Below are positions 53,206 through 62,475 of a stretch of 64,000 nucleotides of DNA, piece after piece. The notes beneath the pieces are model-generated. The model was not told the origin of the DNA and did not search any database. It saw nothing but the letters and a program-made list of their open reading frames with translations. How positions within the stretch are numbered: position 1 is the stretch's first letter; each line of letters opens with the position of its first letter. Origin of the DNA: an uncultured Stenotrophomonas sp. (GTDB lineage: Bacteria; Pseudomonadota; Gammaproteobacteria; Xanthomonadales; Xanthomonadaceae); assembly GCF_913775725.1 (NCBI RefSeq), contig NZ_CAJYNG010000014.1. One strand, written 5' to 3'. A program made the position numbers and the translations under genes.

Positions 53206-55591
53206 GGCGTTGATGGGCGCGCTGCTTGCTGCCCTGGCTCCTGCGGCGACCGAAGCCGCCGATGTGTCCGGCGCAACGGCCACCGGGGCCGCCGACGTCT
53301 CAGGCATCTCCGCCGATGCGATCCTGCAGCCCCCCACCCCGTTGACCGCCAACCAGACGCTGTACCTGGACGTGTCGCTCAACAGCACGCCGCGCGGGCT
53401 GCTTCCCTTCATCGAGAACCGCGGCCGCCTGCAGGCCAGCCCCGAGGTCCTGCGCCAGCTCGGCTTCAATGCCAGTGGCGATGCACCGGTGTACCTGGAC
53501 CAGATCAGCGGCGCGGTGGTGCGCTATGACGCCCACCTGCAGACCCTGGCGCTGGACGTACCGCTGGACCAGCTGACCCTGCCGACCACCGTGCTCAGCC
53601 GCCCGCAGACGCGTGCACCCGCCGGCAGCGCCTCGCCCGGCGTGCTGCTCAACTACGACATCTACGGCAGCCGGGTGGACACGCTCGGCAACCTCAGCCT
53701 GAGCTCGGAGCTGCGCCTGTTCGGCATCGGCGACGGCACCTTCGAGAACACCGCGATCAGCCGTCGCTACCAGCAGCCCGGCGACCGCCGCTGGCGCGGC
53801 GAAAGCGTGCGCCTGGATACGCGCTGGCGCCTGGATTTCCCCGACCAGGCGATGACCCTGGAGGTCGGCGACTTCTACAGCGGCTTCGTCGACTGGACCC
53901 GCCCGGTGCGCCTGGGCGGCCTGCAGATCGGCCGCAACTACGGGCTGCAGCCCTATCGCGTCCTGACCCCCACGCCCAGCTTCCTCGGCCAGGCGGTGGT
54001 GCCGTCCACGGTCGAGCTGTACGTCGATGGCCTGCGTCAGTACAGCGGCCAGGTGCCGGTTGGCCCGTTCCAGCTGGCCGCGCAACCGGGCATCAGTGGC
54101 ACCGGCAGCGCGCAGGTGGTGGTCACCGATGCATTCGGCCGCATGCAGACGCTGGACTTCAGTTTCTACGGTACCCAGCAACTGCTGGCCAAGGGCCTGT
54201 CGGACTGGTCGGTCGGCGTCGGCCGCCTGCGCGAGGACTTCGGCCAGCGCTCCTTCGCCTACGATGATCGCACTGTGGCCAACGCCAGCTGGCGCGGCGG
54301 CATCAGCGACGCGTTCACCGGCGAGGCCCATGCCGAAGGCGGCGGCGGCCTGACCCAGGCCGGCATCGGCGGCTGGTGGCTGCTCGGCGGTGCCGGCGTG
54401 TTCAACGCAGCCTACGCGCACAGCAATTACCACGGCCTGCAGGGCGGGCAATGGGCGCTGGGTTACAGCTGGAACAACCGTCGCCTCAATTTCAATCTGC
54501 GCAGCGTGCGCAGCCATGGTGACTACCGCGACCTGGGCGCATTGCAGGGCAACCTGCCCCCCAACATCAGCGAGCAGGCCACGGTCGGCATGGATCTGCT
54601 GCGGCTCGGCACGCTCAGCGCCAGCTACCTGCGCCTGCGCTACCCGGATGGCGAGGACAACCGCTACGCCAGCCTGTTCTGGTCGCGCACCTGGAGCGAG
54701 CGCTGGTCGGCCTACCTGTCGGTGAACCAGAACCTGGACCAGAGCGAGGACCGCAGCATCTATCTGTCGGTGACCGCCAGCTTGGGCAACAACCGCCAGG
54801 CCAGTCTGTCCAGCCAGCGCAACGGCGACAGCCAGAGCTGGGTGGCCGACGTCACCCAGCCGGTGCCCGGTGACGGCAGCGCTGGCGGTGTCGGTTGGCG
54901 TGCACAGGTACGCCATGGCGAGGACGGCAATGGTGGCCTGGCCGAGGTCGGCATTCTCAATGACATCGGCCGCTATTCGTTCGGCGCCTCGCGCCAGGGC
55001 GGGCTCAACTATGCCTACGGCAGCGCCAGTGGCAGCCTGGTCTGGATGGGCGGGCACGCGTTCGCCACCCGCGAGGTCTCGGACGCGTTCGCGGTGATCA
55101 GCACCAATGGCGTCGGCGGCGTGCCGGTGCGGCTGGAGAACCGCCTGATCGGCGTCACCGATGATCGCGGCCTGCTGCTGGTCAGTCCGTTGCTGTCCTG
55201 GCAGCGCAACCGGGTCTCGATCGACACGCTGGACCTGCCCGAAGACATGCGCGCCGACCGCATCGAGGACTGGGTGACGCCGCGCCAGCGCGCAGGTGCG
55301 CGCGTGACCTTCCAGCTGCGCTCGCGGCCCTCGCTGAGCCTGACGCTTCAGAACATGGACGGGCAGCCACTGGAAGTGGGCAGCGAAGTGCAGCTGCCCG
55401 ATGGACGCCAGGCCACGGTGGGCTATGACGGCCTGCTGTATCTGGAAGACGTTGCCGCCGGCAGCGTGCTGTACATCACCACCAGCCGCGGACAGTGCCG
55501 GGTGAAGGTGCCCGATCTGCCCAAGGTGGTGGCAGCCGGCGCGCGGCCGAAGCCGGCACCGCTGCAGTGCATCCCGGAGGTGGCGTCGTGA
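53159..55591 (+). CDS. outer-membrane pilus usher (CsuD-like)
   Basis: An ~800-aa beta-rich protein in the usher position. ATG 53159 gives a plausible signal peptide (MASRNRRRCRPHRLAEALMGALLAALAPAATEA) but overlaps the chaperone gene by 47 nt. ATG 53213 is the alternative. Confidence 0.8.
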   Translation: MASRNRRRCRPHRLAEALMGALLAALAPAATEAADVSGATATGAADVSGISADAILQPPTPLTANQTLYLDVSLNSTPRGLLPFIENRGRLQASPEVLRQLGFNASGDAPVYLDQISGAVVRYDAHLQTLALDVPLDQLTLPTTVLSRPQTRAPAGSASPGVLLNYDIYGSRVDTLGNLSLSSELRLFGIGDGTFENTAISRRYQQPGDRRWRGESVRLDTRWRLDFPDQAMTLEVGDFYSGFVDWTRPVRLGGLQIGRNYGLQPYRVLTPTPSFLGQAVVPSTVELYVDGLRQYSGQVPVGPFQLAAQPGISGTGSAQVVVTDAFGRMQTLDFSFYGTQQLLAKGLSDWSVGVGRLREDFGQRSFAYDDRTVANASWRGGISDAFTGEAHAEGGGGLTQAGIGGWWLLGGAGVFNAAYAHSNYHGLQGGQWALGYSWNNRRLNFNLRSVRSHGDYRDLGALQGNLPPNISEQATVGMDLLRLGTLSASYLRLRYPDGEDNRYASLFWSRTWSERWSAYLSVNQNLDQSEDRSIYLSVTASLGNNRQASLSSQRNGDSQSWVADVTQPVPGDGSAGGVGWRAQVRHGEDGNGGLAEVGILNDIGRYSFGASRQGGLNYAYGSASGSLVWMGGHAFATREVSDAFAVISTNGVGGVPVRLENRLIGVTDDRGLLLVSPLLSWQRNRVSIDTLDLPEDMRADRIEDWVTPRQRAGARVTFQLRSRPSLSLTLQNMDGQPLEVGSEVQLPDGRQATVGYDGLLYLEDVAAGSVLYITTSRGQCRVKVPDLPKVVAAGARPKPAPLQCIPEVAS

Positions 55592-56625
55592 GGGTGCTGC
55601 TGCTCGGCCTGTTGCTGTTGGCTGGCCTGCTGGCGAGCGCACCGGCGGGCGCCACCGCGGTCTGCGCGGCCGTCGCCAACCCCACCCTGCCGTTCGGCAA
55701 CATCAACAGCAATGCCCCCGGCCCCACTACAGCCACGTTGAACATCACGGTCACCTGCACCACCGCCGCGCTCAGCCTGCTGGCCACTACCGGCGTGCGC
55801 GTCTGCGTGGGCATCGGTGCCGGCAGTGGCGGCGGTAGTGCCACTACGTCACGGACGATGGCCACCGGCAGTGGCGACACCATGAATTTCCAGCTGTACA
55901 ACAACGCCAGCTTCGGCCAGGTCACCGGCCTGCTTCCACACGGCACGCCACCGGCGCAGGAACTGGCCATGTCCTACAACGTACCGCTGCTGACAGGCGG
56001 CAGCGGCGCGCAGACCACGCAATTGTTCGCGCAGATCCCGGCCAACCAGGTGCTGGCTTCCGGCGCGTACAGCAGCTCGTTCAATGGTGCCAACGTGGTA
56101 TTGACCTGGGCCTGGAATGAAGTCCTGCTCGGCACCGCTACCGTGCCGGCCACCTGCAATGGCGGCGCCACCGGTACCAACAGCGCAAGCGCCGCCTTCA
56201 GCTTCACCGCCACCGCCAACGTGCTGCCGCAATGCGGCAGCTACGTCACCACCAACATGAACTTCGGCAATGTCACCGGCGGCATTCCGGCCAATATCGA
56301 CCAGACGGCCACACTGACGCTGACCTGCCTGAAGAACACCGCCTTCCAGGTCGGCCTCAACAACGGCCAGAACAACCCTGCTGCCACCACCACCCGGCGC
56401 ATGGCCACCACCATCGGCACCGGTACCTACTACCTGCCGTATGAGCTGTACCGCGATGCCGCGCGCAGCCTGCGCTGGGGCAATACGTTGACCGTTGATA
56501 CCGCCAGCGGAACCGGGACCGGCAGTGCGCAGCAGCTGACCATCTACGGCCGGGTGCCACCGGTGACCGGCCAGCCCGCGGCCGGTACCTACAACGACCT
56601 GGTGCAGGTGACGATCACCTATTGA
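55588..56625 (+). CDS. two-domain SCPU protein (CsuE-like tip subunit/adhesin candidate)
   Basis: GTG 55588 overlaps the usher stop (GTGA). It has a signal peptide and two SCPU-like halves, each with FGN(I/V), a Cys pair, R(T/R)M and (Q/E)LY, ending VQVTITY. Confidence 0.8.
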   Translation: MRVLLLGLLLLAGLLASAPAGATAVCAAVANPTLPFGNINSNAPGPTTATLNITVTCTTAALSLLATTGVRVCVGIGAGSGGGSATTSRTMATGSGDTMNFQLYNNASFGQVTGLLPHGTPPAQELAMSYNVPLLTGGSGAQTTQLFAQIPANQVLASGAYSSSFNGANVVLTWAWNEVLLGTATVPATCNGGATGTNSASAAFSFTATANVLPQCGSYVTTNMNFGNVTGGIPANIDQTATLTLTCLKNTAFQVGLNNGQNNPAATTTRRMATTIGTGTYYLPYELYRDAARSLRWGNTLTVDTASGTGTGSAQQLTIYGRVPPVTGQPAAGTYNDLVQVTITY

Positions 56626-56631
56626 GTCCCC

Positions 56632-56702
56632 TGTAGAGCCGAGCCCATGCTCGGCTTCATTTTCTGGCATCCGGCAAGCCGAGCATGGGCTCGGCTCTAC
56701 AG
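56632..56702. repeat. inverted pair of SMAG-type repeats after the tip-subunit gene
   Basis: Units tGTAGagccgagcccatgctcggct (56632-56656) and agccgagcatgggctcggctCTACag (56677-56702). Confidence 0.85.
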
Positions 56703-56758
56703 TTCCGGCGCATCCGGCCGATACCGCGCAACGGGTCCTACAGCACGGTGGATGGCAG

Positions 56759-57004
56759 GTGGTTCGCGCAATTCTGATCGGGGCGATGCTGGTCGCCAGT
56801 ACCCCCGCGTGGGCCGATCCCGGCAGCAGTGCCCTGCAGATCCGGCTGACCGTGGTCGAGGACTGCAGCAGTGATGCCCGCAACGCCCGATGCGTGGCCC
56901 CGCACCAGCGCAGCGATGCACCCGGGCTTCCGCAACAGATCCGCGACCTGGCGCCGCCAGCCGACAGCGACGACGCGGCACCCGCCGTGACCGTCATCTA
57001 CTGA
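56759..57004 (+). CDS. small secreted protein (81 aa), possible degenerate mini pilin subunit
   Basis: GTG start. Signal peptide MVRAILIGAMLVASTPAWA. The mature 62 aa have an N-terminal beta-like strand ALQIRLTVVEDC, a Cys pair, and the C-terminal VTVIY (compare TITY in the SCPU proteins). Its stop overlaps the next ATG (TGATG). The RBS is weak, so the call is uncertain. Confidence 0.45.
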   Translation: MVRAILIGAMLVASTPAWADPGSSALQIRLTVVEDCSSDARNARCVAPHQRSDAPGLPQQIRDLAPPADSDDAAPAVTVIY

Positions 57005-57702
57005 TGCGCGCCCTGCTGAGCGTTCTGGCACTGCTGCTGGCACTGCCCGCAGCGGCGCTGGACCTGCTGCCGACCACCCTGCAGCTGCCGGCTGAAGGGG
57101 GGCGTAGCGAGCTGTGGCTGTACAACCCCGGCCCCGGCAACTGGCAGGGCGAAGTACGGATCCTGGCCTGGGAACAGCAGGCCGACGCGGAGACACTGCG
57201 GCCCAGCGACCAGATCCTGGCCAGCCCCACCCGGCTCGATATCGCGCCCGGCACCCGCCAGCGCATCTGGTTGCTGCCGCGCCAGCCCGCCCCCGTTGCT
57301 GCCGAACAGGCCTACCGGGTCGTGCTCGCCCCCAGCGCACCAGGCTTGGCGCGCTACTCGCTGCCACTGTTCCGGGGGAATTCCGGGCCACTGGCACAGC
57401 CACGACTGCATGCCGGAATCGAGCCCCATCCGTCGCATCCGTCGTTGCGACTGGGAAATGCCGGTACCCTGCACGCCCGCCTGCATGAGCTCACCTTCGT
57501 CGCCAACGATGGTCGCCTCACCGTGCTGCTGCCAGGATTGGCCGGTTATGTCCTGGCCGGGCGGGAACGCCACTGGGTCCTGCCCGCCCGTGGCGATGGC
57601 TACGCCGGCGGCCATTTCCACGCCCGGCTGCAGGACGGTCGCGCGGTCGATCTGACCGCACCGGACCCGGCAATTGCAGCCAGCGCTCCCAGCGGGCTAT
57701 AA
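57004..57702 (+). CDS. second PapD-like pilus chaperone (paralogue of 52456..53205)
   Basis: Signal peptide MRALLSVLALLLALPAAA. It is colinear by eye with chaperone 1 (LLPTTLQL..ELWLYNPG..V.I.AW.QQ...L.P.D..LASP...IAPG..Q.I.L...EQAYR.V...YSLP.F...L.LGN.G...A.L..L...LLPGLAGYVLAG..R.W.LP). Confidence 0.7.
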   Translation: MRALLSVLALLLALPAAALDLLPTTLQLPAEGGRSELWLYNPGPGNWQGEVRILAWEQQADAETLRPSDQILASPTRLDIAPGTRQRIWLLPRQPAPVAAEQAYRVVLAPSAPGLARYSLPLFRGNSGPLAQPRLHAGIEPHPSHPSLRLGNAGTLHARLHELTFVANDGRLTVLLPGLAGYVLAGRERHWVLPARGDGYAGGHFHARLQDGRAVDLTAPDPAIAASAPSGL

Positions 57703-57703
57703 T
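57674..57703 (+). promoter_or_regulatory. candidate sigma70 promoter of rpsB (inside the 3' end of the chaperone-2 gene)
   Basis: TTGCAG (57674-57679), 18-nt spacer, TATAAT (57698-57703). It would give a ~215-nt rpsB 5' UTR. Confidence 0.5.
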
Positions 57704-57922
57704 CGACCGGATTCCTGCCGCCTGCGTGCGCGGGAGACCGTCCACACCGGACGTCACCGGTGAATCCACACCTGCTGCCCCCATCCGTGCCGGGGTGCTC
57801 CGCAAGGAGTTCGGCCACGGAGGCAACAGGGAAGCCCAACCCCGGAACCGATCGCGCTTCCACGCGTCCCGCATACCTATCCCCGCGGGCGGAATCGCTG
57901 GTTCCATATCAGGAGTATTGCA

Positions 57923-58729
57923 ATGCCCCAGGTCACCATGCGTCAGATGCTGGAAGCCGGCGTCCACTTCGGCCACCAGACCCGCTACTGGAACCCGAAG
58001 ATGGCTCCGTACATCTTCGGCGCCCGCGGCAAGATCCACATCATCAACCTGGAAAAGACCGTCCCGCTGTTCAACGACGCGATGAACTTCATCTCGTCGG
58101 TTGCCCAGAAGCGCGGCACCGTCCTGTTCCTGGGCACCAAGCGCAGCGCCCGCGAAACCATCAAGGAAGAAGCCGAGCGTTGCGGCATGCCGTTCATGAA
58201 CCAGCGCTGGCTGGGCGGCACCCTGACCAACTTCCGTACCGTCAAGCAGTCGGTTGCCCGCCTGAAGGAACTGGAAGCCGGTGAAACCGACGGCACCTTC
58301 GAGAAGCTGGTCAAGCACGAAGTGCTGGGCCTGCGTCGCGAGCGCGACAAGCTGGAAGCCTCGCTGGGCGGCATCAAGGACATGAACCGTCTGCCGGACG
58401 CCATCTTCGTGATCGACATCGGCCACGAAGACATCGCGATCAAGGAAGCCAAGAAGCTGGGCATCCCGGTCATCGCCGTGGTCGACACCAACTACAACCC
58501 GGAACTGGTGGACTACGCCATCCCGGGCAACGACGACGCCATCCGCGCTGTGCAGCTGTACGCCCGCGCCGCTGCCGACGCCGTGCTGGAAGGCAAGGCT
58601 GCTGCTCCGCACGCCGCTTCGGTGCGTGAGGAAGAGTTCGCTGAAGCCGCTGCTGAAGGCGAAGAGAAGCCGGCCCGCCGCGCTCCGGCCAAGAAGGCTG
58701 CCAAGAAGGGCGACGACGCCCAGGCCTGA
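57923..58729 (+). CDS. rpsB: 30S ribosomal protein S2
   Basis: [27 protein letters not shown] is canonical S2. RBS is AGGAG. Confidence 0.97.
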   Translation: MPQVTMRQMLEAGVHFGHQTRYWNPKMAPYIFGARGKIHIINLEKTVPLFNDAMNFISSVAQKRGTVLFLGTKRSARETIKEEAERCGMPFMNQRWLGGTLTNFRTVKQSVARLKELEAGETDGTFEKLVKHEVLGLRRERDKLEASLGGIKDMNRLPDAIFVIDIGHEDIAIKEAKKLGIPVIAVVDTNYNPELVDYAIPGNDDAIRAVQLYARAAADAVLEGKAAAPHAASVREEEFAEAAAEGEEKPARRAPAKKAAKKGDDAQA

Positions 58730-58855
58730 TCCAGGCCCCGGGGTGGACGCCCGGCGTCCACCCTCCCTGCACGCAGCCTTTGGCGCGTGACAGGACCGTG
58801 TCACACGGGCCGGCCACCATGCCGGCCCAACCCCTTTCTTTCGTGAGGTAATCCC

Positions 58856-59731
58856 GTGGAAATCACTGCTTCCCTGGTCAAGGAACTGCGCGAGCGCACC
58901 GGCGCCGGCATGATGGAATGCAAGAAGGCTCTCACCGAAGCCAACGGCGACATCGACGCTGCTGCTGAAGCCATGCGCAAGTCCGGCGCTGCCAAGGCCG
59001 ACAAGAAGGCTGACCGCGTGGCCGCCGAAGGCCGTCTGGGCCTGGCCCAGGATGGCGGCAAGGCCGTGCTGGTCGAAGTCAACTCGGAAACCGACTTCGT
59101 CGCCAACGATGACAACTTCAAGTCCTTCGTCAATGCCGTTGCCGCTGCCGCCCTGGCATCGGGCGCCACCGACGTCGAAGCCGTGAAGGCTGCCAAGCTG
59201 GCCGATGGCCGCACCGTTGAAGAAGCCCGCGCCACCGCCGTGCAGACCCTGGGTGAGAACATCCAGATCCGTCGCATGGTGAAGGTTGATGGCAACAACA
59301 CCGTCGGCGCCTACGTCCACACCAACGGCAAGGTTGGCGTGCTGGTCGATCTGGTCGGCGGCGACGTCGAGCTGGCCCGCGGCCTGGCCATGCACGTGGC
59401 TGCCCTGAAGCCGCCGCACAACAAGGCTGCGGACGTTCCGGCCGACTTCGTCGAGAAGGAAAAGGAAATCGAGCTAGCCAAGATGTCCGAAAAGGACAAG
59501 GCCAAGCCGGCCGAGATCCTGGAAAAGATCATCAGCGGCAAGATCAACAAGATCGTCAGCGACGTGACCCTGTACGGCCAGACCTATGTGCTGGGCGACA
59601 CCACCGTCGAGCAGGTGGTCAAGGCCGCTGGCGCCGACGTGGCAGGCTTCAAGCTGCTGATCGTCGGCGAAGGCATCGAGAAGGTGGTGGAAGACTACGC
59701 CGCTGAAGTTGCCAAGGCGATGCAGGTCTGA
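58856..59731 (+). CDS. tsf: translation elongation factor Ts
   Basis: GTG start with GAGG 7 nt upstream. [25 protein letters not shown] is canonical EF-Ts. Confidence 0.96.
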   Translation: MEITASLVKELRERTGAGMMECKKALTEANGDIDAAAEAMRKSGAAKADKKADRVAAEGRLGLAQDGGKAVLVEVNSETDFVANDDNFKSFVNAVAAAALASGATDVEAVKAAKLADGRTVEEARATAVQTLGENIQIRRMVKVDGNNTVGAYVHTNGKVGVLVDLVGGDVELARGLAMHVAALKPPHNKAADVPADFVEKEKEIELAKMSEKDKAKPAEILEKIISGKINKIVSDVTLYGQTYVLGDTTVEQVVKAAGADVAGFKLLIVGEGIEKVVEDYAAEVAKAMQV

Positions 59732-59763
59732 TTCCAGCCCTCCGGCTGTGAAGCGACCAGAAG

Positions 59764-59793
59764 GAGCCGCGGGAAACCGCGGCTCTTTTTTTT
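59764..59793 (+). terminator. intrinsic terminator of rpsB-tsf
   Basis: gagccgcgg-gaaa-ccgcggctc followed by T8. Confidence 0.9.
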
Positions 59794-59989
59794 ATGCATG
59801 GTCCAAGGGATGAACCCATGCCCGACCGGTGGGCGCGCACCGTTGGTGCGCACAGCGGCACCTTTGCGTTGCGCGCGAATCAAGCCGATACTCGGCGCAG
59901 GGAATCCACAGTCACATAGCAGGAACGAAAATCGCGGACTGTGATGCATTCCTAGGTATTCTTGTCCCAATGGAATTGAACGACCCGAC

Positions 59990-61528
59990 ATGCCTCCCGA
60001 GCTGACAGCCGCCCTGGCGCTCTGCCGCAACCTGCCCTCGCCGCCCGGTATTGCCCTGCGCATCATCGAACTGGCCCAGGACCCGGAAGCGGATATCGCC
60101 ACCGCCGCCGACATCATCGCCATCGACATGGCGCTGAGCGCTCGCATGCTGCGCATCGCCAATTCGCCGCTGTACGCCAGCCGCCGCCGCATCGAGAACC
60201 TCGGCCAGGCGCTGACCATGCTGGGCCTGAATGCCACGATCAGCCTTGCCCTCGGCTTCACCGTCACCCAGGGCCTGACCGGCGGTGCCGGTGCCGACCA
60301 CGACCTGCGCCAGCGCGCGTGGAAACGCAGCATCCTCAGCGCCCTGGCCGCCAGCCAGCTGGGCCAGGCCCGCGGCCTGCGCCGGCTGGAGGAACTGATG
60401 CTGGCCGGGCTGCTGCAGGACCTGGGCGTGCTGTGCCTGGCCCAGGCCGAGTCGGAGCGCTACCTGCCGCTGCTGCGCGAAGCCCGTGACAACACGGATC
60501 TGGTTGCGCGCGAGCGCGAGGAACTGGGCTGCAGCCATGCCGATGTCGGCGCCTGGGTAGCCGAGCAGTGGGGCCTGCCGCGCTATCTGGTGGAAAGCAT
60601 CAGCCACAGCGAGGACGAGGACGCTGCCGAATCGCCGTTCCAGGCCTGCGTGCAGCTGTCCGGCGCGGTCGCCGACATCTGGCTGGACGACGACGCCGAT
60701 GCCGCCCGCGAGCGCGCCCTGCACCAGGTGCACGACCGCCTGGAACTCGACAGCGCCCGATTCGACCAGGTGCTGACCCGCATCAGCGAGGCCCTGCCGG
60801 ACATCGCCAGCCTGTTCGAGGCCGGCCTGAACTCACCATTGCGGGTGCGCGAACTGATCGACCACGCGCAGGAGCTGGCCACCCTGCGCAACCTGCGCGA
60901 GCTGCAGGATGCCGACCAGGCGCGCCGCCGCGCCGACGAATTCGAGGCGCGGGCCAAGCGCCTGGCCGACCAGGCCCACCGCGATGCCCTGACCGGCGTG
61001 CTCAACCGCCGCCAGCTGGAGGCGGTACTGGAGCAGGAATTCCTGCGCGCCGGGCGCCAGGGCTGGCCGCTGTCGGTGGCCTTCATCGACCTGGACGACT
61101 TCAAGAAGATCAACGATGCCCACGGCCACCTGACCGGCGACGAAGTGCTGCGCGCCTTTGCCGGCAAGCTGCAGGGCCAGCTGCGCAACAGCGACACCGT
61201 GGCCCGCTTCGGCGGCGAGGAGTTCGTCGCACTGCTGCCCAACACCAGTGAATCGGTGGCGCTGGACGTAATCCGCCGGGTGTTGGCCAACATCGTCGCC
61301 ACGCCGATGGCAGAGCTGGAGGGAGGGCCGCTGTTCGTCACCTTCTCCGCCGGCGTGGCCACCCAGGGCGGCTACGAACGCTTTGCCGACGTGCAGGACC
61401 TGCTGCGCGCCGCCGACGATGTGCTGTACCGCTCGAAGAATCTGGGCCGCAACCGGGTGATCGCCCGCTCCCCCGGCGCCCTGGGCCACGACGAGCTTTC
61501 GGCCACCGCCAGCGCCGAGCTGGGCTGA
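59990..61528 (+). CDS. HDOD-domain plus GGDEF-domain diguanylate cyclase
   Basis: N-terminal HDOD ([18 protein letters not shown]...[30 protein letters not shown]), a coiled coil, then a GGDEF domain with GGEEF and an RNSD I-site 5 residues upstream. Confidence 0.88.
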   Translation: MPPELTAALALCRNLPSPPGIALRIIELAQDPEADIATAADIIAIDMALSARMLRIANSPLYASRRRIENLGQALTMLGLNATISLALGFTVTQGLTGGAGADHDLRQRAWKRSILSALAASQLGQARGLRRLEELMLAGLLQDLGVLCLAQAESERYLPLLREARDNTDLVAREREELGCSHADVGAWVAEQWGLPRYLVESISHSEDEDAAESPFQACVQLSGAVADIWLDDDADAARERALHQVHDRLELDSARFDQVLTRISEALPDIASLFEAGLNSPLRVRELIDHAQELATLRNLRELQDADQARRRADEFEARAKRLADQAHRDALTGVLNRRQLEAVLEQEFLRAGRQGWPLSVAFIDLDDFKKINDAHGHLTGDEVLRAFAGKLQGQLRNSDTVARFGGEEFVALLPNTSESVALDVIRRVLANIVATPMAELEGGPLFVTFSAGVATQGGYERFADVQDLLRAADDVLYRSKNLGRNRVIARSPGALGHDELSATASAELG

Positions 61529-61531
61529 ACC

Positions 61532-61554
61532 AAAAAGCCCCGTATGACCGGGGC
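61532..61554 (-). terminator. orientation-specific hairpin plus U-tract on the minus strand between two plus-strand genes (orphan terminator)
   Basis: The plus strand reads aaaaa-gccccg-tatgac-cggggc-gaacg. Only the minus-strand transcript would carry the U5 tract. Confidence 0.4.
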
Positions 61555-61650
61555 GAACGTCAGGATTTTGCGCCGCAGTGCACAAAACACTTTGGCCCGA
61601 CGCCGCATGCGCGTAGAATCGCCCGCGATTTCCACGCACCCGAGGTCCCT

Positions 61651-62379
61651 ATGTCCAAGCTCGCCTATCGCCGCATCCTTCTGAAACTGTCCGGGGAGGC
61701 GCTGATGGGAGATGAGGACTACGGCATCGACCCGAAGATCATCAACCGCCTGGCCCGTGAGGTCATCGAAGCCCAGCAGGCCGGTGCCGAAGTAGCCCTG
61801 GTGATCGGCGGCGGCAACATCTTCCGCGGCGCCGGCCTGGCCGCTGGCGGCATGGACCGGGTCACCGGCGACCAGATGGGCATGCTGGCCACGGTCATCA
61901 ACGCCCTGGCCATGCAGGACGCCCTGGAAAAGCTGGGCGCCAAGGCCCGCGTGATGAGCGCGATCAAGATCAACGACGTGTGCGAGGACTACATCCGCCG
62001 CCGCGCCATCCGCCACCTGGAAAAGGGCCGTCTGGTGATCTTCGCCGCCGGCGTCGGCAGCCCGTTCTTCACCACCGACTCCGGCGCTGCCCTGCGCGCG
62101 ATCGAGATCGGCGCCGACCTGCTGCTGAAGGCGACCAAGGTTGACGGCGTATACGACAAGGACCCGAACAAGCACAGCGATGCGGTCCGCTTCGACAGCC
62201 TGAGCTACGACGAAGTGATCCGCCGTGGCCTGGAAGTGATGGATACCGCCGCCTTCGCACTGGCCCGCGACAGCGACCTGCCGATGCGCGTGTTCGACAT
62301 GGGCCAGCCGGGCGAGCTGCTGAAGATCCTCAGCGGCGAGAACATCGGCACCCTGGTCCAGGGCCGCGACCCGGCCTGA
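61651..62379 (+). CDS. pyrH: UMP kinase
   Basis: [25 protein letters not shown] and [11 protein letters not shown] are canonical PyrH blocks. Confidence 0.96.
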   Translation: MSKLAYRRILLKLSGEALMGDEDYGIDPKIINRLAREVIEAQQAGAEVALVIGGGNIFRGAGLAAGGMDRVTGDQMGMLATVINALAMQDALEKLGAKARVMSAIKINDVCEDYIRRRAIRHLEKGRLVIFAAGVGSPFFTTDSGAALRAIEIGADLLLKATKVDGVYDKDPNKHSDAVRFDSLSYDEVIRRGLEVMDTAAFALARDSDLPMRVFDMGQPGELLKILSGENIGTLVQGRDPA

Positions 62380-62475
62380 GCCTGAGTGCCAGGCGAGCTC
62401 CGGGCCGATTCAGGCCCGGCAGCGTCCCGTATTCGCCTATAATCGCCCGATTCCAGTTACACCCAGGACCGGGCG

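Noticed and set aside
53300-55642. 780-aa minus-strand ORF.
   Set aside because: It is antisense to the usher gene. It is Ala/Gly/Arg-rich with no recognisable domain.
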